DNA from: Vitrella brassicaformis CCMP3155
Lineage: Eukaryota > Protista > Chromerida
NCBI GenBank assembly: GCA_001179505.1
Contig: CDMY01000358.1
Span: forward strand, 39,162-103,161
Direction of reading: 5' to 3'
Length of the DNA: 64,000 nt
Of this stretch, positions 50,923 through 61,484 are shown piece by piece (the first letter of the stretch is position 1; every line of letters starts with the position of its first letter). The notes under the pieces are model-generated. The model was not told where the DNA came from. It was given only the letters and a program-made list of their open reading frames with translations, and did not search any database. Made by a program: the position numbers and the translations under genes.

Positions 50923-53900
50923 ATGCGTTTGTCCTCCTCGAGCACAGAGAAAGAGAAGGCTGACAGCTCTCCGCTCCGAGGGATGGCGTCATATGCACTG
51001 GTATCAAAGGCCAAGAACAAGCGAAACTGGGCGCTCGCCTCACTGATACCACTGTCACGTGGTGTCGTGCCTTTGTAATTGTGTGTGTGATGTCTGTGCA
51101 TTCTTCATTCAGGGCCCCACGAGTGAGATAACGAGCCCATTCAGAAGGAGGAATCCAGGCAGCAGCCAATTCCCCTCCGTGACCGTAACCCCGCCTGCCA
51201 CATCAGCACACCCAGATGAGGCGCAAGATGACGACCAGCCAAGCGAGAGACCATGGCGGCCGAGGTACAGCATTCGCTCACCCATTCGCTCGTCCGAGAG
51301 CGACCCTGACACCAAGGGGTGGGGCTGGGAGGGGGCCAGCCCAGACATCGGTCCGCGGCCTCCGCACCAGGACGGTCAGAAGCTGAAGCGGATAGGCAAC
51401 AAGAGGGAGAGCGTGGAAGTCGCCGTTCACTGGCGTGGCAAGAGAAGCTCTACGCTGACCGGAGGCTTGGGGCTGGACACAGATGAGGGAAGGACCATGT
51501 GCCCGCCGCGACCCCTACCAAAGGCGTTCAAGACAGAGGCGGAGCGCAAGGCAGAGGCCTCAAACAGGCACGCACGCACGCACGCACGGCCACATGGGTG
51601 TACGGATGCGTACATGGGCAGTGTTTGAAAGGCATGGCATGCTGTGCTATGCTGTGGTCCATTATATCAGGTTTCCCTCCTCAGTAACGAGCATGCGGCA
51701 GTCCTCTCCCTCACCCACCACCTCCCCTGTGGCACTCAAGCGGGCCTTCACGGACTTGGGGCCCAGATACCTCACTTTCAGGTCAGTCAGTCAGTCAAAG
51801 GCCTCATTAATCCACCTGGGCACGTCACCGTACGTGTAAGTGTGCCCCTTGGTGCGCTTTGAGCAGGTATCGGTTTGGTCAGGTGCGTCGCATCGACACA
51901 GTGGGGCAGACATATTATCTGCAAGGCGAGCTCAGGTGGGTCTCTGATGCTGAACGAACACGTCTCTACTCCTATTCCACACATGGTTGTGTCTGCGTCA
52001 CGTCAGGTTCCAGTGGATTGACCCGCTGGCTGTGGGTGCCGAGCTTGTACCACCAGACATCTTTGTGCCGATGATTGAGGTGGGGGGGCATGATATGAGG
52101 CTGCCAACGTTGACGGACTGTGCGATGTGTGTATGTGTGTATGTATGTGTGTAGGTCAAGAATGCGGAGCAGCTGCTGATATACAACAAGGTGGTGGAGG
52201 TGGTCGACCCGGCAGTGGGCTTGCTGCAGAAGACACAACGATTCCACGCCACAGTCAGTAATCAATCACACACAGGAGCATGCAGAAAGGAGATAGAGTT
52301 CTGGTTCCTGTGCTGTGCTGCCCCCTATCTATGATATGAGTGCCTCCGTTTTCCTTTGGCTGAAATCTGTGTGTGTCAGATATACCACTGTTTCCAGCTG
52401 AAGCAGTTCCCCTTTGACGTCCAGCATTTCTGCTTTGAGTTCGTTCTCCTGTACGCAACCACACATCCGGAGGGCTTGTGACACAGCCAGGTGACATACA
52501 TGTCTCTGTACTGCTTGATTGTTTGCAGTGACGACACGAATATAGCCAAGATCAAGGAGGAGCGAGACAAGAAGTTCTGGCAAAGGTCCGCATGCATCCA
52601 TGTCCTCCCATCCCTCTCTATGCGATAATTTATCGACTGCATGCCCTTTCGTCTGATTCTTGTCCGTCCGTCTGTCCATCCATCCATGCATGGCCATGAA
52701 TCGATGTCTCTGTGTGTATGCAGCGCGTCTCGCAACGACAGTCTGGAGAAGCTGTTGGGCGACAGCGGCAACGCGTCCTTCTTCCGCAAGCGGGCGGGTC
52801 GGCGCTCATCTGAGCTGCTGCGTGACCGTCTGTCTAAGTGCCGCGGTCGTCTGCAGCACATCGACCAGTCCGAGTGGACGCCCCTCAGTCAGATCAACGA
52901 CGTTTGCATTCCCATTGAGGAGGTTTGGTCGGCTTGTGGCGACGACGGACTCAGTCGAAGCCACGTACGCATCTGGTTCCCAATGGTCAGCCAGTCTCTC
53001 TCTCTCAGTCCCTTATGGGGGGAGAAACGAGGGTCATTCGTGTGGTCATTCTTGTGTGTCTTGTTATGGTCTTGGTGTCCAAAGGCGAGGAGATGGTCTT
53101 TCTATTTCTGGTGTGTGAGACATGCATGGCAGGCATGCCTGCAGACAGACATCACACATACCAGCTAGTGTCTCATGTACATATGTTGTTTTGCTGTCTT
53201 GATCTCAATTTGTCGTCAGGAAGGTGTATTTCATTTTGTTCACACTGACCTCTGCCTGCTTCGCAGCCAACTTCATACCATATGAAGAGGTGCTCGACCA
53301 CGCTGGCTGCACAATGAATGAGTTGGCTGGCTGATGTCTCGGGGTGGGGGGTCTGTTGTGCAGGGTGTGGGAGTGCGTCTGCAGACATTGGTGACTCTCG
53401 AGGTGGCCATGACGGCCTTCATGCAGTCTGTGGCCAACCTGCTGCCGAGATCATCCGTATTCACTAAGGTCAGGCAGACAGACAGGCAGTCGGCCAGGCC
53501 ATGTGCGACATCACATTATTGCAATGTACATGTCTTCATCAGGTGGACATGTACAGCGTGTTTTGTTTCCTTGTAATCCTGGTGGTGGTCCTCAGCAACG
53601 TCATGACCACTGACGAAGACATTCTCGCAGTACGCTACGCTGGCCCTGCACACGACATGGCTGCTCTCTCACACCAGCCAAAGCCCGCTGTGTCTCTGTC
53701 GTTCAGAACTTCACGATTGTGGTGGCTTCTGCGTGGGGCGGCTTCCATGTGATATATCTTCTCAACGTCTTCTGGATCGGGTGCTCACACCGACTCCTCC
53801 GGGCCACCCAGGAGAGGCTCAAGTCGATATCGGCGGCAATCTACCTGACGTACGCCACTCAGATGGGATCGCCCACGCCACCCACGCCCTCCAGCCCCTC

Positions 53901-54594
53901 AAACCTCAAGACACAGCAGGAGGGGCCGCACCAGCCCCCCAGGCAGACACAGACTGTACTGGGGAGGCTCATCAAGGGCAGCCACCCGCCTGCGCCGTCC
54001 ACCCCTCAGAACACCAACACGTAGGAAGACAGACAGACAGACAGACAGATAAAGGAGACTCCTGCGTGTGGTGTTGATCCATTCAGGCCTTCGAGGATCC
54101 AGACGGCACCTTCGTGGTGGCGGTTCGGCCGCAGCTCCCTACAAGCCCGACCGACCACAGTTCAGACGACGAGCAGCCCTCCCTCCGCTCCACCGCTTTC
54201 GGAGTCACAGCTGTTCCAGCCGGTTGGCCCCAGTGACAGGGACACTCTCTCCCCCGCACCCACAGCAGCACCCCCCATGCCATCCGAGGGTGACAGGGAG
54301 GGCCAGGAGTATTTGGCCTCGCCCAAGTCCCCAGATGTGTCCCCGGCGCACGGGAGGTGCGCCGGTCGGGGCAGCGTATCGCATTCCTTCCGCGCCGGGG
54401 CCGCCACTCTGAGTTACCCCAAGTCACCTCTTCGTGGGAGCGGGGCGTCGGTGGCCATGACCAGCGGCGTGGAACACGATGATTCTCGCATGCAGCAGCA
54501 GGTGCTGGAGGAGAGTGACAGCAGCGTCAAGCGATACAGCAGCATGCGCTTCAAGGACAGAGACGATACCAACCTCCGCTTCAACGTCATGTAA
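50923..54594 (+). CDS. Pentameric ligand-gated ion channel (Cys-loop/Pro-loop superfamily, ELIC/GLIC-like) with long disordered N- and C-tails
   Basis: Spliced ECD YLTFRYRFGQVRRIDTVGQTYYLQGELRFQWIDP...IFVPMIEVKN...IYHCFQLKQFPFDVQHFCFEF...SEW; pre-M1 ARRWSFYF; M1 WKVYFILFTLTSACFAANFIP; M2 VRLQTLVTLEVAMTAFMQSVANLLPR; M3 VDMYSVFCFLVILVVVLSNV; M4 FTIVVASAWGGFHVIYLLNVFWIG. Start is 50923 or 50983. Confidence 0.88.
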
Positions 54595-55057
54595 ACCGCA
54601 GCTGGTGTGGCTGTGTCTCTGCTGGCCAGTCAGACAGACAGACAGACAGAAGGGACAAATATGGCTTGTGTGTATGTGTGTGTGTGTGTGTGTGTGTGTT
54701 GCTCACTCGCTGTGGGGCTTACTGCGTGTGTCTGTGGCGATCCGCGTTGGAACGATTCATTGTCAAGTCAGCATTTGTTCCAATCAATCATCAATCAATC
54801 ATTCATTCAGCCACAGTAGTCTTTCACGCATGCATTGATTACATGTCCATGCCCACACCCCTCGTGTACGAGAGGGACCCATTCGCGGGTCGGTTGACCG
54901 GTCATCCATCACCCTTTGTCACCCCGCCCGCTTCTTTCGCTTTGTGACGCCCACCCCACCCCACCCCCCCACTGGGGCTATCGTATCTATCACATCCCTC
55001 ATGCAGGCCTGCCTGCATCACTTGCAAGCATTGGGTGCATTCATTCATTCAGGAGCC

Positions 55058-57638
55058 CTATCTTCTCACTTCTCGCGCTTTCTTATTGAGGGCAAAGACG
55101 ACGGGATGGAGTCCCCCCATGCTGATGGCACTGTCACGAACGCACACCCACGGGTGTGTCGCCTCTGCACCCAGCTGCCCCTGGCGATCGATCTCGCGAC
55201 GGATGAGCCGATAAGCTGCTCCTGTCAGCAGCACGGCACGGCCCTCTACGCTGAGCGATCGGTGGAACTCCTTGAGGCAGCGGGGGTACACCGTCCGCAG
55301 CTGGTCAGCACAAGACAGGCGCTTCCTGACAAAAAGGAGACAGACAGACAGACAGACAATTTTAGGTACGCGTGCGTGATTGAACTATTAGATATCGGTT
55401 GGCTGACCCGAAAGGCATGTCAGTGACGATGACATCGAGAACATCAGACCGCAAAGGAAGACGCTCTCAACAAGCCACAAACCACACACCCACATACACA
55501 TACAGCTGGTCGTCTGGTGCAGTCTTGCTTAGCCCTCTGGCCCTTCCTACCGGCAGTCCATCGAACGACATCGATTCGCGCCCGGCGCGCGGGCAGCCTC
55601 TGCAAGTTGGCGTATGTCTTGTCGATGGGCACGCTCTGGCTGTCCCCCGCAATGAAGAAGCACCGCCGCAGAATCGGCTCCTCGGCTGTAGCAACTGCAC
55701 ACCGACATCAGAAAGGCAGACAAGCAAATTAGGTCAATCAGCCCCTCTTTGGTGAGTGGGTCTCTCGCCCACCAATTCACCACCCACCTTCGATGATAGT
55801 GTTGGATCCACACATGGGGTCTGCCGCGAGGGTGCCTGCGGGGGCTTCGTGGAGCCCGGCAGTGAGAGTCAGGCAGTAGGCCACAGCAGGCCGAAGGTTA
55901 GTACACGACCTCTCCCTGCAGCACAAGGACAAGGACACACCCACACACAGACATAGCCGTGCTGCATGAATGGTCGTGCCGATGTCGCTCCTCTCACCTT
56001 TTCGCTGGGTCCAGGAGGGACAGGCTGTTGGTGCTATCATCGATTATCTTCCGCCTCTTCCAGCCCCTCGACGGCTGGCCGCCAGCAGGTGCGTCTTGGG
56101 CCCCATCGTCGATTGCTGCCGAGACAAGCTGGTCGGGTTGGTCGTCTTGAGCAGCCTGCTGCTCAGTTGCTCGGACGGACGAGTCGTTGATGGACTTGCG
56201 CGTCAAGGGGATGCCCACAGTGAGCGTCTACACACGTCGAAAGGAGCCACCCAGCCAACAACATGGCGTCACAGGACGTTGCAAAGGTCTACCCACGTCA
56301 TAACGAAGGTGGGCGTAGATCTCAAACTGACTCGGGAAGGAGAGCGAAAAGGAGGAAATGCGTAAGGCTTCTCTTGAACTGCTCGCTGAGATCGGCCTAC
56401 GTCGTAATTCTTGAGATCGGCAGGCCAGCCCAGATGCCCTGCGATGCCAGCGGCCATCGCCTGACACACACATGTCTACAGGCGTACAAACACCTACCTA
56501 CTCATGCCGTCGTGGGGTTGTACGCCACGCCCGGCCTGGCTGCGCACCTGTCCGATGTCTGTGCTGTGAAATTCGTGCTTGCCACTGTGGGCGGCCGTCA
56601 CGCGAAATACAGGCACAGCCTGGCCTCTCACGGCAGGGGCATCGTCACCTGCAGACAGACAGTGAATGAAACAGGCAGCCAAGGCACTGACTGATTGAAC
56701 GCAACGAAGGTCTCACATCATCGCCTTCCTACCACATTCTCTCCGCCACCTGCGCCACACATCGAGTGCTCTCGACCTGAAGGATAGGAACTGACTCATT
56801 CACTCCGGGACGTCAAGAGCGCCATTAACGTACCATGCCTCCGTGCCGCCTGCATGTCTGGGCAGATCCGCCATGCGAGATAATGCCTCCTTGCCTGCAC
56901 AAACAAGGGCTCATAAGTGAAGTGCAAAGGTCCTTGGAACGGGACAAACATTGCGATCAGGCGTCTTCTTTACTCGGTGGATAGTTGCTTTCGATGAAGA
57001 TGGCAACCATCATCTGCTGCACCGAATAGAGCCTCTTCAACCTGCACTTGGGAAGCAGAAGCAGCACACACCCATTGCTGCGAAATCAAGATTGATCGGT
57101 CGGCTTCACACCTGTTCAGCGTTTCGCCTGACGGCCGGCTCTCCTCGATAAAGAATATCACTGACACACCATAAATGAATCCACTGCCCTTCCTTCAGTC
57201 GACTGCCTTCTTCTTACCTTTGCCTGGCGCGTCTTCGTGGCCAAAGCGGACCTGCATCGCATCGCAAACGACCCAATCATGAGACTCTGCCTCTGAAACC
57301 TTTTTGCGTCTTTTACCTCCATTGCAGATCCTTCCTCCCATCTCTGCAGCTTCCAAATGATCTCTGATCTGCACAGTCAACACCCATTCGGTGATGATTC
57401 TGATCTGCAGCAGGCTGCGTGTTCCAGGAGGTCACCTGGCTATTGATTCGAATCCAGTGGTCACGGTGGCCCAGAATGTGGTCCATCTTTGCTGATCAGC
57501 CTTCTGAATGAAGAGCAACGCAGCGATGAGCGCAGCACACGAACCAGCATTCATTGCATAGATACCTTTCTTTTTCGTCTGTGGAGGATATACCCCAGCA
57601 GTAGCACTGATGCCAATATGGAGCCCGGGATCACCCAT
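55058..57638 (-). CDS. THUMP domain + SAM-dependent RNA methyltransferase (THUMPD3/Trm14-like tRNA m2G methyltransferase family)
   Basis: FWATVTTGFESIA; THUMP FRVTAAHSGKHEFHSTDIGQAMAAGIAGHLGWPADLKNYD; GIPLTRKS; LRPAVAYCL; DPMCGSNTIIE; LDVIVTDMPFG-KR; VYPRCLKEFHRSLSVEGRAVLLT. Confidence 0.82.
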
Positions 57639-57914
57639 CTATTCATCATCTCACTCTTCCGCTCCAACCCTTTCGGGATCTGCGAAACCCTGGGACTGAG
57701 AAACCCTGAGGGTTCATAGCGGCGGCTGCTGCCAAAGTGAAGCGTTCACGTACGAACCAAGTCCTTCCGTGTCTATACACAACAGCCACTCACAAACGCT
57801 ATACCGTGGCCAATGCCCTAATCGGCCACGCCACGCACACAGCAAACACCCGCCCGCCCCTCACTCCTTTCCTATCCCCTCTATCCCTTGATCTGTTGTC
57901 CTGCATCCACACCG

Positions 57915-58655
57915 CTAGTCGTCATCCATCTCCCCGCCTTCTGCCGCATCGTCGTCCATATCCTGCTCCTCACTGTCTTGGTCGTCATCGGCCACCACGG
58001 CCGTAAACTGGCCCTCCTGCCTGGCCCAGTAGGAGTTGATGTACATCTCGAACCGAGCCATCTTGATGCCCAGCTGCTTGAGCAGCTGCGCCTGCTCCGG
58101 TGTCAGCGGCTGGCCCTCCCGGCACACCGTGTAGCTGCCCATCAGATGAATCACACCGTCTTTGAGCAGAGTCGGCAGACCCAGGGCGCGCAAGTGAGGC
58201 TCCACCGAGTGAGGGAACTTAGACAGAGCATCCGTGCCTTCGGGCAGCACGATGGTCTCGGTCGCAGTGAAGCCAGAGCGGGCAAACTCCTCTGGCCGGA
58301 AGTCAGCACAGAAGCGCTCGATGTCGTCCGGCCGCTTGTCAGTGATGAGAAGAGCCCTCTCCCCCCGCAGCCTGCGAGCGATGTGGTGTATGTTGTCCTG
58401 GCACTCGGTCTCTGGCGTGAGGCCGAGGGCCACCTGCATGAGCTTGTTCTTGCCGCAGAACACCCGGCCGGGCTTCATCTTCTCCCGCACCATCTTCTGG
58501 TAGACATTCCTCTGGTTGTCGAGATCCAGCAAGTAGACGTACTGGAACTTGTCAGTGGCTTGGCGCAGCTCCTCGATGAGTTTCTCCTTCCGCGCGGGAT
58601 CCTTCCGTTTCACCTTGGTCAGCGCAATGGGCCGATCTCGCTTGGACTTGGGCAT
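57915..58655 (-). CDS. MRT4: Ribosome biogenesis factor Mrt4 (uL10 paralog), single exon
   Basis: MPKSKRDRPIALTKVKRK, FCGKNKLMQVALG, FARSGFTA, FPHSVEPHLRALGLPTLLKDG, GQPLTPEQAQLLKQLG, acidic tail. Confidence 0.96.
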   Translation of the reverse strand: MPKSKRDRPIALTKVKRKDPARKEKLIEELRQATDKFQYVYLLDLDNQRNVYQKMVREKMKPGRVFCGKNKLMQVALGLTPETECQDNIHHIARRLRGERALLITDKRPDDIERFCADFRPEEFARSGFTATETIVLPEGTDALSKFPHSVEPHLRALGLPTLLKDGVIHLMGSYTVCREGQPLTPEQAQLLKQLGIKMARFEMYINSYWARQEGQFTAVVADDDQDSEEQDMDDDAAEGGEMDDD

Positions 58656-58833
58656 CGTCGCTTCCTCTTCGCCCTGAAGAGCAGTTTCGCCTGCGAGCTT
58701 CGCATCGGCGAGCTTAGCGCACTCTCCTTCCTTTCCCCTTCTTTTCTCCCTCTCCTTCTGAAAGGCTGCTTAGCTTTCTCGCTTTCTTTCCCCATCTGTT
58801 CCACGCACTTTCGCTCACAGCAGCGGCATCACG

Positions 58834-60631
58834 ATGAAGCATCTCCGTCGAGGGCCCAGCCAGGGGCGTCGGCATCTAAGCTCTCGGCACTTATGGCCTC
58901 TACTCGCCTTTGCCATTGGTACTGTTGTTATTCCGCCGGTGTGTGGGCTCAACAATGGTTTGGCGAGGCAGCCGCCGATGGGGTGGAGCAGCTGGAATGC
59001 GTACAAGTGCGACATCAGTGAGGACATCATCAAGGGCAATGCCGACAGGCTCATTGAGCTGGGGCTCAGGGACCTGGGATACCAGTATGTGGTCGTCGAT
59101 GACTGCTGGCAGGTACAATCGTGGGTGGGGTGGGCCACTGCACTGCACATTGGTCTGCACTGCATCACTCTCATGATGCCAGCCATTCATTGGTCCCTCT
59201 CTGTCCGTGGCTTTCCGTCTGCAGGAGAGGAACGGCCGCGACGAGAGTGGCAGGATCATCACTAACAACAAGACCTTCCCCAGCGGCATCAAGCCCCTCT
59301 CGCACTACATGCACTCCCATGGTCTCCGGTTCGGCATCTACTCGGACGCCGGCAAGCAGACGTGTCAGGGGAGGCCGGGGGGCCTGGGCTACGAGGACAT
59401 CGATGCCCGCACGTATGCCCAGTGGGGAGTGGACTTCGTTAAGTATGACAACTGCTGGAACGGATTCCTGCCCTATCTCGATAGGTGAGCGGTGGAATGG
59501 AGGGGGCAGTGGTGATGCACGGCCATGTGGATGGTTCCCTTTATCTGTTGCCTCCCCAGGTATGGTGCGATGCGTGACGCGTTGAATCGCACTGGTCGTT
59601 TGATGGTGTACTCGACGTGTGAGAAGCACAGCAATCCCTGGGAGTGGGGGGCCGACATGTCCAACCAGTGGAGAATCGGTGTGGACTTGTTCGACACATG
59701 GGAGTCACTTGTGAGAGTGGCTGACGATGGAATAGGCATCGCACACTTCTCAGGTCAGCCAGCCAGTGAACACACACACACAGCATCTGCCACTCACTGG
59801 CATGTGTGTGTGTGTGTGTGTGCTGTTCCTTCCTTGATCAGGTCCTGGGGGCTGGAACGACTTTGACCTGCTGCAGGTGGGCAACGGCGGCATGCAGTTC
59901 CAGGAGTACCGTGCCCAGTTTGCCGTGTGGTCCATCGTCAAGTCGCCCCTCATGATATCCACCGACCTGTTCAAGATCTCCCCCCGAGACCTCTCCACAC
60001 TCAAGGCGCGCGAGCTGATTGCCGTCAACCAGGACCCTCTCGCCATCGCCGGCGATGTCGTGAGGCAGCAGGGGCCCGACATCGTCTACGGCGGCCCCCT
60101 CGCCGACGGCAGCCGTGCGGCCGTCATGTGGAACCGTCGGTGGCACTTCAACTGGCCGCTGAATGACTGCGAGCACCCGAGTGGCAACGGCACCAGCTCC
60201 ACCCCGGGGCTCTGTGGACCGCTATCGGTGGGCCGCAACATGACGCTCAGGTTTGAGTGGCTGGGCGGGGGGAGCGAGAACAGATGGCCCAACGCTGAGC
60301 ACTTCCACAGCGACACCAGGGCTCTGGTGCGCGACCTGTACGAGGAAGGAGACCTCGGCATATTCACAGGTGGGCGACCTGGAGGACAAAACAATAATAT
60401 AATGCTCACTACTCGCGTGTCGGCCGTCGTCATGGTGGCTCGGTGTGCGTACGGTATGTTTGTGTGCATACGGTATATTCAGGTGAGGTCACGCTGTTGG
60501 TGCCCAATCGAGGCGTGAGGGCCCTGCGAGTCACACCTGTCCATCAAGTGCAGCACGCCAGCAGCACCAGCACCAGCAATCGGTCGTTCAGGCAGCAAGC
60601 GTCCAGAGAGACGACAGAAATCATGATGTGA
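58834..60631 (+). CDS. Alpha-galactosidase, glycoside hydrolase family 27, with signal peptide
   Basis: [50 protein letters not shown], nucleophile motif [64 protein letters not shown]. Confidence 0.95.
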
Positions 60632-61484
60632 ATGGGCGCTGAGTAGTAGCTGGCTGGCGGGCCGTGTGTGATTCGACTGGCTGGGTGATGCCTGAGCGAC
60701 GATAATGCCTTCCCTTCTGTCAAATGAAGCTTTCTGTTGTTGAGAGTTGAGATGGCAGGTAGCAGCTGTTCTCTTTATTTAGGTGCCTGCTGCAGCGTGT
60801 GTCTATGTGTATGTGTCAGTGTATGTCTCATCTCTGTTTCTGTCTGCAGAGAGACATGCGTGCACCTGATCAGATCAGCTAGTTGCCGACGCCTGAGACC
60901 ATCAAGTGTGCAGGAGATGCCTTCGCCCGCCATGTCGTGGACCGAGCGAGGTCGTCTTGTTGCAGTCTTGATCGTGTCAGGCGTAGGGTTCTGCAGACAA
61001 AACGCGCGCAGAAAGGGCCAACTTGCATCTCTCTTCCCCTAGTCGTGTCATTAATGCCTTCAGGCTCGTCAGATGATTCTGGACGTCTGACATGACATCG
61101 TGACTGGTGTTTCGATCAGATACGATGTGATGTCAGACGTCATGAACCATCTGACGAGCCTGACCACGCTGTATGTATCTGGTCGACGCAGATACAGCGT
61201 CAAAGATAGCCGAGTAACATGCCTGGCCGAACGTTGCTTGTGCGATGCCGTCCTTCGCCAGTGAAAGGGCCTTGTTCGAGATATCTCACTCATTCCAAGG
61301 ACGTCGCTGCTATGTGTTTCTTCCTTCCTGGTATGCTATCAGCTGCTGTCACTGTGTATCGTTTGGGTCTCTCCTTCTTGTCGTGGGGAGACCCATTCGT
61401 TCCCCACAAACATGATTGAGAGGGCAGCCGGCCCGTGCGCAAGATTGAACATCAATATGTTAACGCATCAATCCATTCATTCAT

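Noticed and set aside
60700-61400. Short ORFs between the alpha-galactosidase and the last hypothetical gene
   Set aside because: Candidate splice paths hit stops in all frames and no motif was recognised; treated as UTR or intergenic.
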